A stretch of 64,000 nucleotides of DNA from Mobula hypostoma (lineage: Eukaryota), in assembly GCF_963921235.1 (NCBI RefSeq), contig NC_086105.1:26722001-26786000 (forward strand), read 5' to 3'. Below the pieces are notes generated by a model. That model saw nothing but the letters and a program-made list of their open reading frames with translations, did not search any database and had not been told where the DNA came from. The position numbers and the translations under genes are program-made. Within the stretch, counting starts at the first letter, position 1; every line of letters begins with the position of its first letter. Below are positions 25,993 through 37,410 of the stretch, one piece after another.

Positions 25993-27310
25993 TGTCATGC
26001 TCCGGTCCGTGAAGTCTGCATTCCAGTTCATGGTCCGGTCCATGGACGCAGGACTCTGGGTCTTCCAGCTGTCCCTTGTTTGAGTTAATCATAGGCAACT
26101 GATTCCCATCTTTGGGCTTGCAACATAAGTACCCTTGGGATTGAATGTGGGCTGGTGATTTGTCTTGTTAGTCCCTTTTGGAGCAACCTGCTTATGGAAG
26201 GCTAGTGAAACCATTCATGATCTCTAGGCCTGGTTGGAGGACCACTGCTTCATGGAGCCTTGTTGCCACTTGTTGGAGTAGTCTTTGCGGTATGAATTTG
26301 GCTGTTTCCTGGGCCAGCTGAGTGGCTGCCAGCCACTCTGAGCTAGGTAGGGATCTGGCTGTTTCCGTAGCCAGCTGAGGTTGCTGGCTGAACTGAGACT
26401 CGGAGCTTCCCCGGAGCAGAGATGGAACTGTCTGTCGTTCTTTGGTGTTTGTCTCTTCTTGTCCTTGCCTCTGTGGGGTAAGCCAGGCTGTTTTGCCGTT
26501 GCCCTGCAGGGGGACCTGTCTTGCCTTGTCCTCGCCTCTGTGGAGTAAGCCAGGCCGTTTTTCCGTTGCCCTGCGGGGGGACCTGTCTTGTCTTGTCCTT
26601 GACTCTGTTGGGTAAGTCTGGCCGTTCTGCTGTTACCTGACGGAGGGACCTGTCGCACTTTGGAGTGGAGATGAAGTTGAGTCCTGGCTTGTCTTCGGAT
26701 AAGTCCCGGCTCCGTGTCTATGTTCTGTCCTGTCTCGTGTTAGTGTCATGTTAAAGATGAGTCCCGGCTTGTTGAAGGATAAGTCCTGGCTCTACGTTGA
26801 TGTTCGGTTCCCAGTCTGTCTCTGAGCTCCCGGAACCTAAGCCCCGAGGATCCCGCAGCCAAGCTCCCGGAACCCAAGCCCCGAGGATCCCGCAGCCAAG
26901 CTCCCGGAACCCAAGCCCCGAGGATCCCGCAGCCAAGCTCCCGGAACCCAAGCCCCGAGGATCCCGCAGCCTCAAGAGCAAAGACCCCATCCTGTCTCCG
27001 AGCTTAGGCCCCTAGACCCCAGACACGTCCTGTCCTGAAGCCATGTCATGTGCTTGCCTGGTTTTGCGGTCCGAGCCCAAGGCAAGACCCAGGTTGTGGG
27101 TCCTTGTCCAGTCTGAGACTCGGAGTCCAAGCTTTGTCTCCTAGTCCATGGTTTCTAGTCCTGGACCTGCTTTCCCTAGCCCTAGTCTGCGTTCTTGTCC
27201 CTGCTCCTGGTCTGAATCCTGTCACGTCCCTACTCCAGTCAAGTGCTGTTCCTTGTACCTCAGTATCTGTGTCTCTCATTTGGGTCCGTTTCCAGCGCTC
27301 CAGTGTGACA
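25993..27310 (+). mobile_element. Solo LTR (same family as 22870-24785)
   Basis: TGTCA...TGACA termini. 5-bp TSD GCCTG at 25988-25992 and 27311-27315. Confidence 0.85.
26825..26972. repeat. Minisatellite, 37-bp unit GAGGATCCCGCAGCCAAGCTCCCGGAACCCAAGCCCC x~4
   Basis: Units start at 26846, 26883, 26920 and 26957. Confidence 0.95.
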
Positions 27311-30300
27311 GCCTGAATCTTCCTAACCAATGAGCCTTCGCAGATGGCCGTGCCCCCTCCCACCGTGGCAATGATATCTCAAAGGAACAGCACTTCGTCC
27401 CCCATTGGGATGTGAATCAGAGATTTTCAAGGCTAGAATAGAAGTCTTTCTTAGCCTTATCCGAAGCTCCTCGGTTTGGGCATTTGCACTAATGATTATA
27501 GCATGCTTGATCTGTCTTAGAATAAGCCAAAGGGGCATAAGGTATTCATTAATTCCACAACAAATGTTGCTGCCATGCTCTACCAGATCTCTCAAAGACA
27601 AAGGTCATTCAGTGAAGACAGCTTACCATTCTGGTTTATCCCGACAGAAGAAGATGGAACTTGGATTTGTTTTTGCAGACTTCATGTTCCAGTTCAAAAT
27701 ATCCAGTATATACCCCACTACATTAAAAATGACAACTATTTAGATACAAGTCTTTGTATGTACGTGGAAATACACGTGGAGTTACTTCTGGCCAAGTTAA
27801 TGCATTCCAGCCAGGCTGTATAAAACCACTTTCATTCTGGCGTAAGCTGGTGCTGTTGGCTGGCTCACTGCCTATGGTATCACACAACTGCAACTGGCAG
27901 CCTTATACCAAAGTACATTTCCAAGAAGACCCATCTTGTGGTGGCCAAGCTTAGCAAATCCCGCCAAGATTGCTTTTTAGGGAGCCATCGGCTATATATG
28001 ATATGAATATCAGGAGCCAGGTACACGAGGACACGTCCTATCTAATATAAAATCATAATACAGAACCTATATAATTATATGTCCAGATATCCCATCACAG
28101 TGTAAAACCACATCTGAATTTATACGTCACTGGGGACAATGGAGAGGGCGGTGACTGTTATACATCCTGAAAAAAGTCACAGACCACGGTTTGAACGCCA
28201 AATCATAGATTGTAGGAGAAGTACCTTGAAAACTCATTTTCAGAGTAGTGCTACCAATAGTCGAGGTTAGATGGATATAGAACTTAGAAAAAAAATACAG
28301 GATCACCTTGGCTTCCGTCAAAAACACTCCAGGTTCTGAGAATTTCCATTCGAAATCCATCAAGAAAGTGGCTCCAGTTGAGTGCTGGCAGTTGTGAACT
28401 GCTTATTGGAAAACTGGTTTCAAAAGAGAAGAATAGAAGTACATTGCAAAATAACACAAAATGGTTCACCTGTCGATTCCTTTTAGAAACCGGAAGCAGA
28501 CTGAGTTACTACTTTGCTGATCACCTCTATTCAGTCTGCAAGGGTGCCCCTGGTCTTCCAATTGTCTGTCGCGTATTCTGGCCATCACAGCCCGTTCCAC
28601 TTGCAGTGACCCAATAAGTTCAATGTAAACTTGAGGATTGCAGGTCAACTTCTGATTTGACGCATAATAACTTTGGGACTCGGGGATGAATTCAACAATT
28701 TCAGAAAGCTGGCCAGTTCTGATTAAATATAATCAGTCTGCAACAAGATTCCACTTTCTCTCTCCGTAGACCTTGTCTGGTCTATTGAGTAAATCCAGCA
28801 TTTTTCTGCCGCTTGGTTTCTTAAGAGCCCTCTCAGGTGAAGTTTCTATTTGGTGTGACAGGTTCGTTTTGAACTAGAAATCCAGCTTGGAAGGTTTTGT
28901 TCAGCGGCAGCCAAAACATACGCACAAAAGAATGTCCTAACATCAATAATAAACCAACGTGAGAATGCCGAGTTTAAATTATATCTTATAATTAATAATC
29001 AGGTTCAAACTATTTTATTGTGATTTGTGTGAAACTAATCAAGATCTTCTGTATTTTCGGTCATTAGATATACTTCTGTATTGCGGTAAGGAGGACTTGC
29101 TATTGTCTACACGTAAACAAATTAACAGTAGACCAGGGAATATTTTAAATTCCATTCTTCACTGAATCACCGAAAAGCATCAGGTCACAAGCATTTCCAT
29201 CGAGGTTCTGTCGGTAGCTTTACAACCTTTGCATTGTTTTCCTGTCTTTTAACCAATTGCGTTTTAATTTTCCCGAGAAAGAACAAATCTGGTAATCACC
29301 ATGGACAGCTCTCAGTGTTATGCAATTGTCTGCAAAATCGAAGCGCTTATGGTATTGCCTCTGTGTTAATAGGTACTGACTGGACCAAACCATCCACATG
29401 TTCCACTGTTAATGAATTTACATTTTTATTTAGCTTTTAAATGTAAAGTAAACAGAGCTGGGACACAACTTCGAACTAGTAGACTGAAGAATACTGTTTT
29501 CATTGTATACAGGCAATGCCAAATACCAATATAGTGAAGTTTCTAAGCCGTACTAGACGTAATATCCGATGTACCGCGTCGTTTATAAAGACAGATCTAC
29601 AGTATACAATTACAGTACTGTATATTGACAGTATACAAACAACTTAAACTTGATTCAGCTACCGAATATAATTTTGCTTTTCACTTAAGGGCGTCTAATT
29701 GTGGGAAGGTGGGCGAATAAAAAGTAAGTGCTTTAGGTCAACTGGTTAATGTTACAGATCAATAACCTAACAGAAGATTAGCAGAATTATATTCAACAGT
29801 TTTTTTTTATTTCTCTCAAGTTAAGATTTATTCATCAAAGACACGAAACGCAACACGGAGGAAGGAATTCGTTCTGTTGCCTCCCCAGTAATGCCTCTAG
29901 CTTTGGGAGCCAGAGAAAGAAATTCTGCTGACAAACTGATTGCTACCTGGCTACGGTTGCCTAAGACTAGAATTAACTTCACTTTCATTGTTAACCTTCG
30001 TGAGACCATTGCCAACATTTCCCCCCCTTTAATGGTTGTCCTTTTAGTTCCAATTCATTGGTTTTGCATAACTATGCGGATGTATTGAACAAAATCGAAC
30101 CGGCGATGACTTAGTCAAACGCAAATTAACGCGGCGTGATGTCAGAGAAAAGGTGCTTATCTAGCCTTGGTCTCGAATTTGAAACCCTAGGCAGAATCGG
30201 TTCGGTAAGCATGCAAGACACATGCAAGAACTAAGCTCATTTATTTCTGTTATTAGCCTCGAAGCTGTTCCGCGAAGATCCGTGTTGTTTCGAAGATATG

Positions 30301-31217
30301 TACTGAGTACCATTGAACGCAGTGAATTTAGAGATCCGCCCAACACGAATTCTGATCTAGTAAGTGATCTATCAAAGTTCGGGTGAGTCTTAAAAGGGGT
30401 GATGATGTTTAACAGATTGAATTTCTTTGTATCACAGTTGCAAGTTCAAACGTTCCAGGAATTTCTGTAATGCACACGCAAGTTGCGCGACTGGCATAAT
30501 TGTTGTAAGTTTGGCACACATTCTCCTGGATGAAGTGCTAACTTATATCAGAACTTCATGTTCCTATAAACTTCAACGGATCGTTTGCCATGTCAATGGT
30601 TCCCTAAATATCTAGAGGTTAGATAATTGACATACTCGGTTTGAATGTTTGCAAAAGAACCCCCACCTTTAAAGCAGGTTAGGATTTTTAAAAAAGGTGA
30701 GCTATTTTAAAGTTCACTTTTGCCATGAATGTGTCCGATGCAATGGTGCGGGGGGATACTGTGTCTTTAATTTGATTAGTGGGTTTGAATTCTGGGCTCT
30801 GCTCTGCATGTCTCTGGCGTAATAGGGGCTCGGCTGGTTCCAACCACACAGCACGCTGTCGATGGTCCTACAGCTAGCGATCCAGCTGAATTGGCATAGG
30901 TTTTAAAAGGCTCATTTCCACGGCTGGATAAACTTTTGCAATTCATTTACCTTTCTGTTTCGTCCTAGACAGAACTTTAAAACGGCTACTGTTCGGTAAA
31001 GCATCTAATTCAGTCAAACGCCGCAGGAACTGGCCACCCTGAAGTAAAGTAAGTGAGGGAAGAGGCGTCACTTTACATGTGTAGTATAATATTATTTAGC
31101 AATGCTCACAGTTTCTTTGTGGAAAGAATTGATCTCGTATGTAGAAACCGGCGGGACTGAGCCCTGTATTTAATTATAACTCGCAAATTCATGTGTTCGC
31201 AGGTTGGGAACGGTGAA

Positions 31218-31324
31218 ATGTCGAACACCAGGAGATTCTTTCAGCGTCTGAACTTCGCGATATTTATCTTATGTTATTCAATGGCTACCTATGGGAAACC
31301 CGTGGATGAAATCTCCAATATAAA
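31218..31324 (+). CDS. PTHLH: Parathyroid hormone-related protein, coding exon 1 (signal/pro peptide MSNTRRFFQRLNFAIFILCYSMATYGKPVDEISNIK)
   Basis: Acceptor TTCGCAG|G at 31202/31203; ATG 31218; hydrophobic signal core; phase-2 donor AA|GTAAGT at 31324/31325, matching known PTHLH exon architecture. Confidence 0.92.
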
Positions 31325-31999
31325 GTAAGTTATTACATATTAGTAGAAATTGGGCTATGAGACTGCAGCGTGCATGCAACTCTCTGTCAAATACACAAGA
31401 TAGGGTAGAGTTTTCTTTTTTTTAATGAATATAAACTGTTTTGTTTTACTTGATTAAGTATTGCACCTGATTTGTTTGTTTTCGCCGGCTTTAGTTGGAG
31501 AGGGTGTGTGAGAAGGGGAGACTAGGTTTTATTTGTGTAATAGACAAATTACAACGTGAAGAATTTCTGCTTAGCGCGGTGCCAGCACTCCGGGTCAGTA
31601 ACTGATCCTGTTTAAGGCTTTTTTTTAACCTTATCTCGGCTGAAGCACTGTACTGTACTGCCAGCCAGTTGTAGAGGTTGTTCGGAACGCCGCGCACCCT
31701 GGTGGAATGATTAAACGCACATTAATGCGTTCGGACCGATGCTTTAGACTCGGGGATCTGGAAATGAATGGCATATAAAATTCTTCCAAAAGGAAGCAGC
31801 GTGCGTAAAGAATGTTGACTACAAAATAACGCCAGGGTGATAAATTCAGCTGGAATACAGTTGAGAGCGTTCTTGGTATGGTCAATCGGAATTTGATGTT
31901 CCAGTTTTGTAGTGGTTCGGAACTGGAGCGAACCGTGCTTGAGCCTGTGCCGAGCTGACTAATCTAAAATAATATGAATCTCGTGTCTGTATTTTGTAG

Positions 32000-32435
32000 G
32001 AAGAGGTCTGTCTCGGAGCACCAGTTCATGCATGATAAGAGCAGGTCTATCCAGGAACTGCAGAGGCGGATCTGGCTGAACAATGTAATGGGCGAACTGC
32101 ATACAGCAGAGGGCCGTGGACTGACTCAGCCACGGTCGCCGAGCAATCCCAAACACCCGGCGACGTGGCCGGACACGCCGGACGTAGCAGCGCTTCTTAT
32201 CAAGCTGGCGTCTAAAAACGAGGGTGCCAAGACCCCGGCGGAGCAGTTGCAAGAGAGCAAACCCGGTGCTTTAAAATACCAGAACGCAAAGAAGACCGGC
32301 AAGAAGAAGAAGCAAGGCAAAAGTAACAGGCGCAAAGCGCAGAAAGGTCGTCAGGAGAAGAGCAGGAGGCACGCACGCTCCGCCGGTTCCGAAATCAGAG
32401 ATCCCGGCATCGGATCCGGTTCCAACCGCTCCTGA
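32000..32435 (+). CDS. PTHLH: PTHrP coding exon 2 (KR cleavage site, mature SVSEHQFMHDKSRSIQELQRRIWL..., basic NLS, RRHARSA)
   Basis: Acceptor TTTTGTAG|G at 31999/32000 completes Lys. PTH-family 1-34 domain; KKTGKKKKQGKSNRRK NLS-like region; TGA at 32433-32435. Joined CDS is 543 nt (180 aa). Confidence 0.95.
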
Positions 32436-35384
32436 ACGCCGTCTACGGACGGCTGTGGCATTGAGGGTCCAACCTGTAAAATATATTTTAGGTAACTACT
32501 CAGTACTCTCCCAGTCCACCCTCTCACACTTGCTTTAAAGTTTAAAGACTGCAGGCAACGCCCGAGTTCGGCGTCTGCTGTGATGTGCTGTGAACTTGAA
32601 CAGAAAGGGATCTCCGATTAATAAGCGTCCAGATACAAGGAGCGTTAGGCCGGCCGCACTCGAGCGCTTGAAAGCGCATACACCCGTTCAGTTGCATCTT
32701 AATATTAGCAGAGAATAGGCGCGTAGAACCAATCAGTTCACGTGGATGGAGAGGACGTCACAGGCGTTGTGCGGTACCATCGTGTACGGTCAGCATCCAA
32801 ATGATGCTTTTCTCCTTCATGCATGCCCAAAATCGTAGTCTATCAACGCGACTGACAGCATAACTGCTGTCATGTTCCTTAGTTTAGAAGTTAATGGACA
32901 AAAGCACTTTACAAGTGTAAGCGTACCAATGATCTGCAGCCAGATAATAGCTGAAAGTATCCAAAATAGTCTTATACAGACATAATCCCTCTTAAAAAGC
33001 CCCATGTTTTCAGTAATGATTCTAATTTTGTAGCATGATTTGATTGCACACCGACGTAAGTCAGGACCAAACCCCAGTGATAATAAACTCCTTCAGAGGT
33101 CAATGGTGGTGAGAACTTCCGCTTGTACATTGGAGGTTTGAAATCTGTTCTAACCCCTTGGATCTCCTTTTAAAGTTGGAGAACACAACGTGAATAAATG
33201 AAAACTTTTATTCAGTTCCCCCCCCCCTCCGACCACCACCCAATCAAAAACAAATAGGTGTAGAAGGCATGAAGCGCGCGCAAAGCGTGTCCAAACGAAG
33301 AGAAACACTCGAAATATTTCACAGTAATAGTCTGGCAAACTAAGACTAAAAATATGATGCAGACAGTTAAAAGCTTCCTCATTTTTGATAGAGAAAAAAG
33401 GGGCGTACAAGCTGAGGAAAGTAATTCCAGAATCTGGGAACTAAACGTCTGATAGTCAGAATGCATTGTTTTATCGAAAGCCGACGTACAGCTACGTCCA
33501 ACACGTCTATATACTGGCTGTGCTTTGCACTTTACGAGCACATCACTTGAGTGGATACCCAATGTATGGGGTTTCGTGGATATCTGCTGAAGTGAGCACG
33601 TTAGTTTAAATAGCATGCATTCTGCAAGCAACACTTCAGTTTTTGTTTTGCTGGCAGTGTACCCATAAAGTGTACAGGTTTCCCTTCTGGACAAGTAAAT
33701 TCTTCGTCCCAACAGGGTTTCTAATCAATTCCACATCACCACCACGACTGCATAGTCTGTAATATTGCTTAACTCTGGCCCAGCTTCAGTTCATCTCCCA
33801 AGGAAACCACCATCTCTGGATTTGTTACCTCTGGTCATGACTTCACAGTACAGTAATTCCTTTCAGCTGTCAATGTTCTAGCCTTGCTAAATTGGAGGTC
33901 ATCCAAACCTCCGCTTCCAGGTTCAAACTTGTACCAAGTTATGTTCACATTGCCCTTGTGATCATTCACATCACTACAGAGGATCCCGGTTAAGCAAAGC
34001 CTTGACTTTAAATTCTCAACTTTGTAGATAGTTCCCTCTATGCTTTCAACCATCCCTAAAACTGCCTTAGACAGTTGTGCTCTCCTACTTCTGGCTTTGT
34101 GCATGTTTCTAATTTTATTGCTACAATTATAATAAACAACATTTTCAGCTGCCAAAGCCCTAAGTAATGAGATTCCATCCCTACTCTTCATACTCTGTAT
34201 TAAGTTCCATTTACGATTATTTACATAATGCCACATTGTGTTTGCCACACAAGTACGCTCTAGCCTAGGAAGAAGCATTGTTGCAGTAATTGTTCTTTAG
34301 GGGTAGTTCTTTATAATTAAGAGATTACTGAAGGCACGTTCTTACACTCCAGGCTTTTCAATGGGTGAAATCCATTGAGCAATATATTCTATTTGGTAAA
34401 ACCTACCATTTAATTTAAATACTGCAATTGTTATGTTTCATAGCCAGAGGTTAATAATTGTATAGATATTAAAATGAACTTCTAGAAATGCAATGCAAGG
34501 TCAACTTAATAATTAATTAAGCATTTTACAACTGTCACTTAAATTGTCTTTGAAATAACACATTATTAAAAATGTTGATTCGTAGTATGTATTCAAGATA
34601 AAATATTGAAAACGTACAGAAAGTTTGAAAGTTTTCTTGATTTTTAAGGGAAGCTCTTGCTAATGTTGGTGTAATCATCTGCGAAGATGCCAATTATGTA
34701 ATTCTGAATATGCAGATGACTAAAATTCGAATTAAATCATTTCAAAGTTTTCTGAAAATATCTTCTGGTAATTTACCAACTGAGCTTTTTGGTGTATTAG
34801 AATGCAACAAAATGCAGCATATTGGGACTTATATTTGGATTTTGTTTGACTTTAGAAATGTGATTCTCAATGTGGGAGTTAATCTTTAGATTAAAGACTC
34901 CAGATTAACTATATACAGTGGCTATTTTGATTATCCGTCTCTGTTTTGTATTTTGGACTCTTCCTGTGGGAATATACATCTTTGATAGAATATATTGATC
35001 TGGGGGCATTTGGGTGGTAACTGAGTAAGAAGAGGAACCACACCAGAACCTATCTATCTTGTGTTATTATTTGTTGCACAATTTGCATTGACATGATCCA
35101 AATATAAGTTCTTCTTTAGAGGATAAAGGGCAGGGACTAACATCTCTACAATGTTGGTTCCCATCCAGTAAACATAAATATGTTTATGACCAAAACCAGG
35201 CACACAACAACTATTGGACTGCTAGTTCATATTGCTTAATTGGGCATCTCTGAGATGTCCAAGTAAAGTCCTACTTGCTACAAAGTTATCAGAGTCACTT
35301 TCCAAAGACAATAATTTTATGGCGTTAAGGTGGTTGCTTGCTTAAAATATTGAGCGACTGTTTAATTTTCCTTTATTTCTGTAG

Positions 35385-35712
35385 GTGAAGACTGAAAAAA
35401 ATATCTTTTGCAGTATTCTGTTTGTGTGATCATAACTAAAGTATTAAACATATTTATTGATTGTAAATATAAAGCACGCAAGAGAATAAAAACATGAGTG
35501 TTACTCTATGGAGCTATACCATTGGTCATTGTGAATATCTGACAATTTATGATTAATGTCACATACCGTAATTTATTTGTTAAATCATCTATTTATTTGA
35601 ACTGTGTATCATTGGTGCTGCTAACTTTTGATATATTGTAAAGATATGCACTTTAAAGTTCAAGTAATGTTGTTATATGACCAATAATAAAGTGATTTTG
35701 TGGTTTGTTAAA
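35385..35712 (+). other. PTHLH: PTHLH terminal 3'UTR exon (AU-rich)
   Basis: Acceptor TTTATTTCTGTAG|G at 35384/35385. ATTTA at 35452, 35545, 35571 and 35591; AATAAA at 35485 and 35686. Several blocks match my recollection of the mammalian PTHLH last exon. Confidence 0.75.
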
Positions 35713-36204
35713 TTGGAAAAAAGGAGTAATGCTCTTTAATAACAACAATTCAATGGTTACTTTTCAAAGCAATTTATAAAGCAGCAAAGTTATAGAAAGT
35801 ATTTCAGTAGATTTTACCAAAAATTGCTTGCAAAAAGACACACAAATCTTGATAATAGAGTTCAGAAAAATTGTAGGCATACCTGCTTGGCCAGGAATGT
35901 GTTGCATGCCCCAAGAGATTCCTGCTAGAAAAAATGCTAACTTTTGAACTTCATTTTTTGATTTGAGGGAAAGAAGTTGCTTTTGCACAGGATAAACTTG
36001 TACTTAATATATCATCAGGATTCATGAAGTATATCCATAGTTTGGATAAGTACATGGATGGGATGGGTATGGAGGGCTATGCTCCAATGGAGGGATGTTG
36101 GGATTAGGCTGAATAACATGAATTAGATGGGCTGAATGCCCTGTTTATGTGTCGTGGTCCTCTATGATTCTATATCCCAACAATAATTTTATTCTTAGAG
36201 CCAT

Positions 36205-36332
36205 CTGTCCTGAAGAAGGGTCTTGGCCCAAAACATCAACTCATTTCCATAGATGCTGCCTGACCAGCTGAAATCCTTCAGTATTTTGTGTGTGTTACTC
36301 AGGATTTACATTATCTGCAGAATTCCTTGTGT
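36205..36332 (+). mobile_element. Penelope-derived terminal fragment with decayed hammerhead motif
   Basis: GTCCTGAAGAAGGGTCTTGGCCCAAAACATCAAC...ATAGATGCTGCCTGACC. Confidence 0.65.
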
Positions 36333-37159
36333 ATATTCTTAGAATATTTGGTTAAATATGGTGGGTTTTATTTAGGTTAGCCCAACAAAACAACTTTGGG
36401 ACATAGCCAACCCCCACTCCGCCATAATGATTTTCTGTGAAAGACAAACATCCCAATTCTTTATTCAATTTCTTTTGCAGGAAATCAACATTACATTTTA
36501 TCAGACCATGCGACCTGAAGCTGGGAAATGCAGCAGATATTGAATCTATGGATAGTTAATTTTTCCGTGCACCACTGGAGGGCAGAATGCACTTCAAGTG
36601 CAATAGAGAAATGAAGAGATTGATTAATTTCCAGACTAAAGCACCCAGGAAAATTGTAAAGAAATTCAGTGCAAAGCTTTGAACTATCATACATACTCAA
36701 TCGTCTCTTGTTCTTTTTTTTTGCAAAAAAGGGCCAGCTAAAGAAAAACATTGTTCCAATTCATTCAATGAATGCCACTTAGTAATCTATACTTGCGAAT
36801 TTAACTTAAAATTTGAACATAAGTAATAGGAAATGAGAAATTTCTTCCTGAACCTCTGCATATAACTCCTGGATTTGTTCCTAAAAGGCCTTTTAATAGA
36901 CAAAAGCCGTGATTATCCGTACTTAGAGTTAAATAATAATGCATGACTGGTTAAAAAAGTAAAAGCTGCAATAATGCACACCAACACATGGCTTGTCTCT
37001 AGGCCAGGCGTGCCCACCTTTCAGAGGACTCCAAAGAGTTGACTGTAACTCAGGAAATCTGCAATGCACTATTTTGGATATAAGTAGCTTCTTAATCATT
37101 CTTTTTGTTTTCCAAAGTAAATTGGAGTTTCAAGCACCCTTGAACCCATAATCCAGGCT

Positions 37160-37410
37160 GGCATGGCGACACAGCTAGTAGGGCGATTGTCCCTCAGCTC
37201 CAGCAACTGGGATTTGATTTTGACCTTCTGTTATTTCAGTGTGGAGTTTACATTGTCTCCCTGTCACCTCATGTGTTTTCGCTGAGTACTTCCTCACGTA
37301 TACCACAAACATGCCAATCAGTAGGTTCATTGGCCTTCAAAAATTGCCCCTAAAACGTAGGTGAGATATGGAACTTGGAGAGAATTAAGGGGAATGTGCG
37401 AAGGATTAAT
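37160..37410 (+). mobile_element. tRNA-derived SINE (V-SINE-like), degenerate
   Basis: Box A/B-like head followed by a GTGGAGTTTACATTGTCTCCCTGT core similar to 47930-48200. Confidence 0.55.

Noticed and set aside
23067-26658. Duplicated 144-aa ORFs (23067-23501, 26224-26658) as a gene pair
   Set aside because: Antisense frames inside the two LTR copies with no recognisable domain; similarity is explained by the repeat.
22870-27310. Single provirus with two LTRs and a 1.2-kb internal region
   Set aside because: Each LTR has its own matching TSD pair, the outer flanks (GTCAA vs GCCTG) do not match, and no gag/pol lies between them.
31974-31999. ORF-track start MNLVSVFCR for PTHrP
   Set aside because: This is intronic acceptor sequence; the real N-terminus comes from the signal-peptide exon at 31218.
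32433-32435. Selenocysteine or programmed readthrough at the PTHLH TGA
   Set aside because: No SECIS recognised, and the context TGA-ACG is not the TGA-CTAG readthrough motif; a derived stop is simpler.
33212-34278. Minus-strand ORFs of 166 and 147 aa in the last PTHLH intron
   Set aside because: No domain similarity or supporting splice structure; consistent with chance ORFs.
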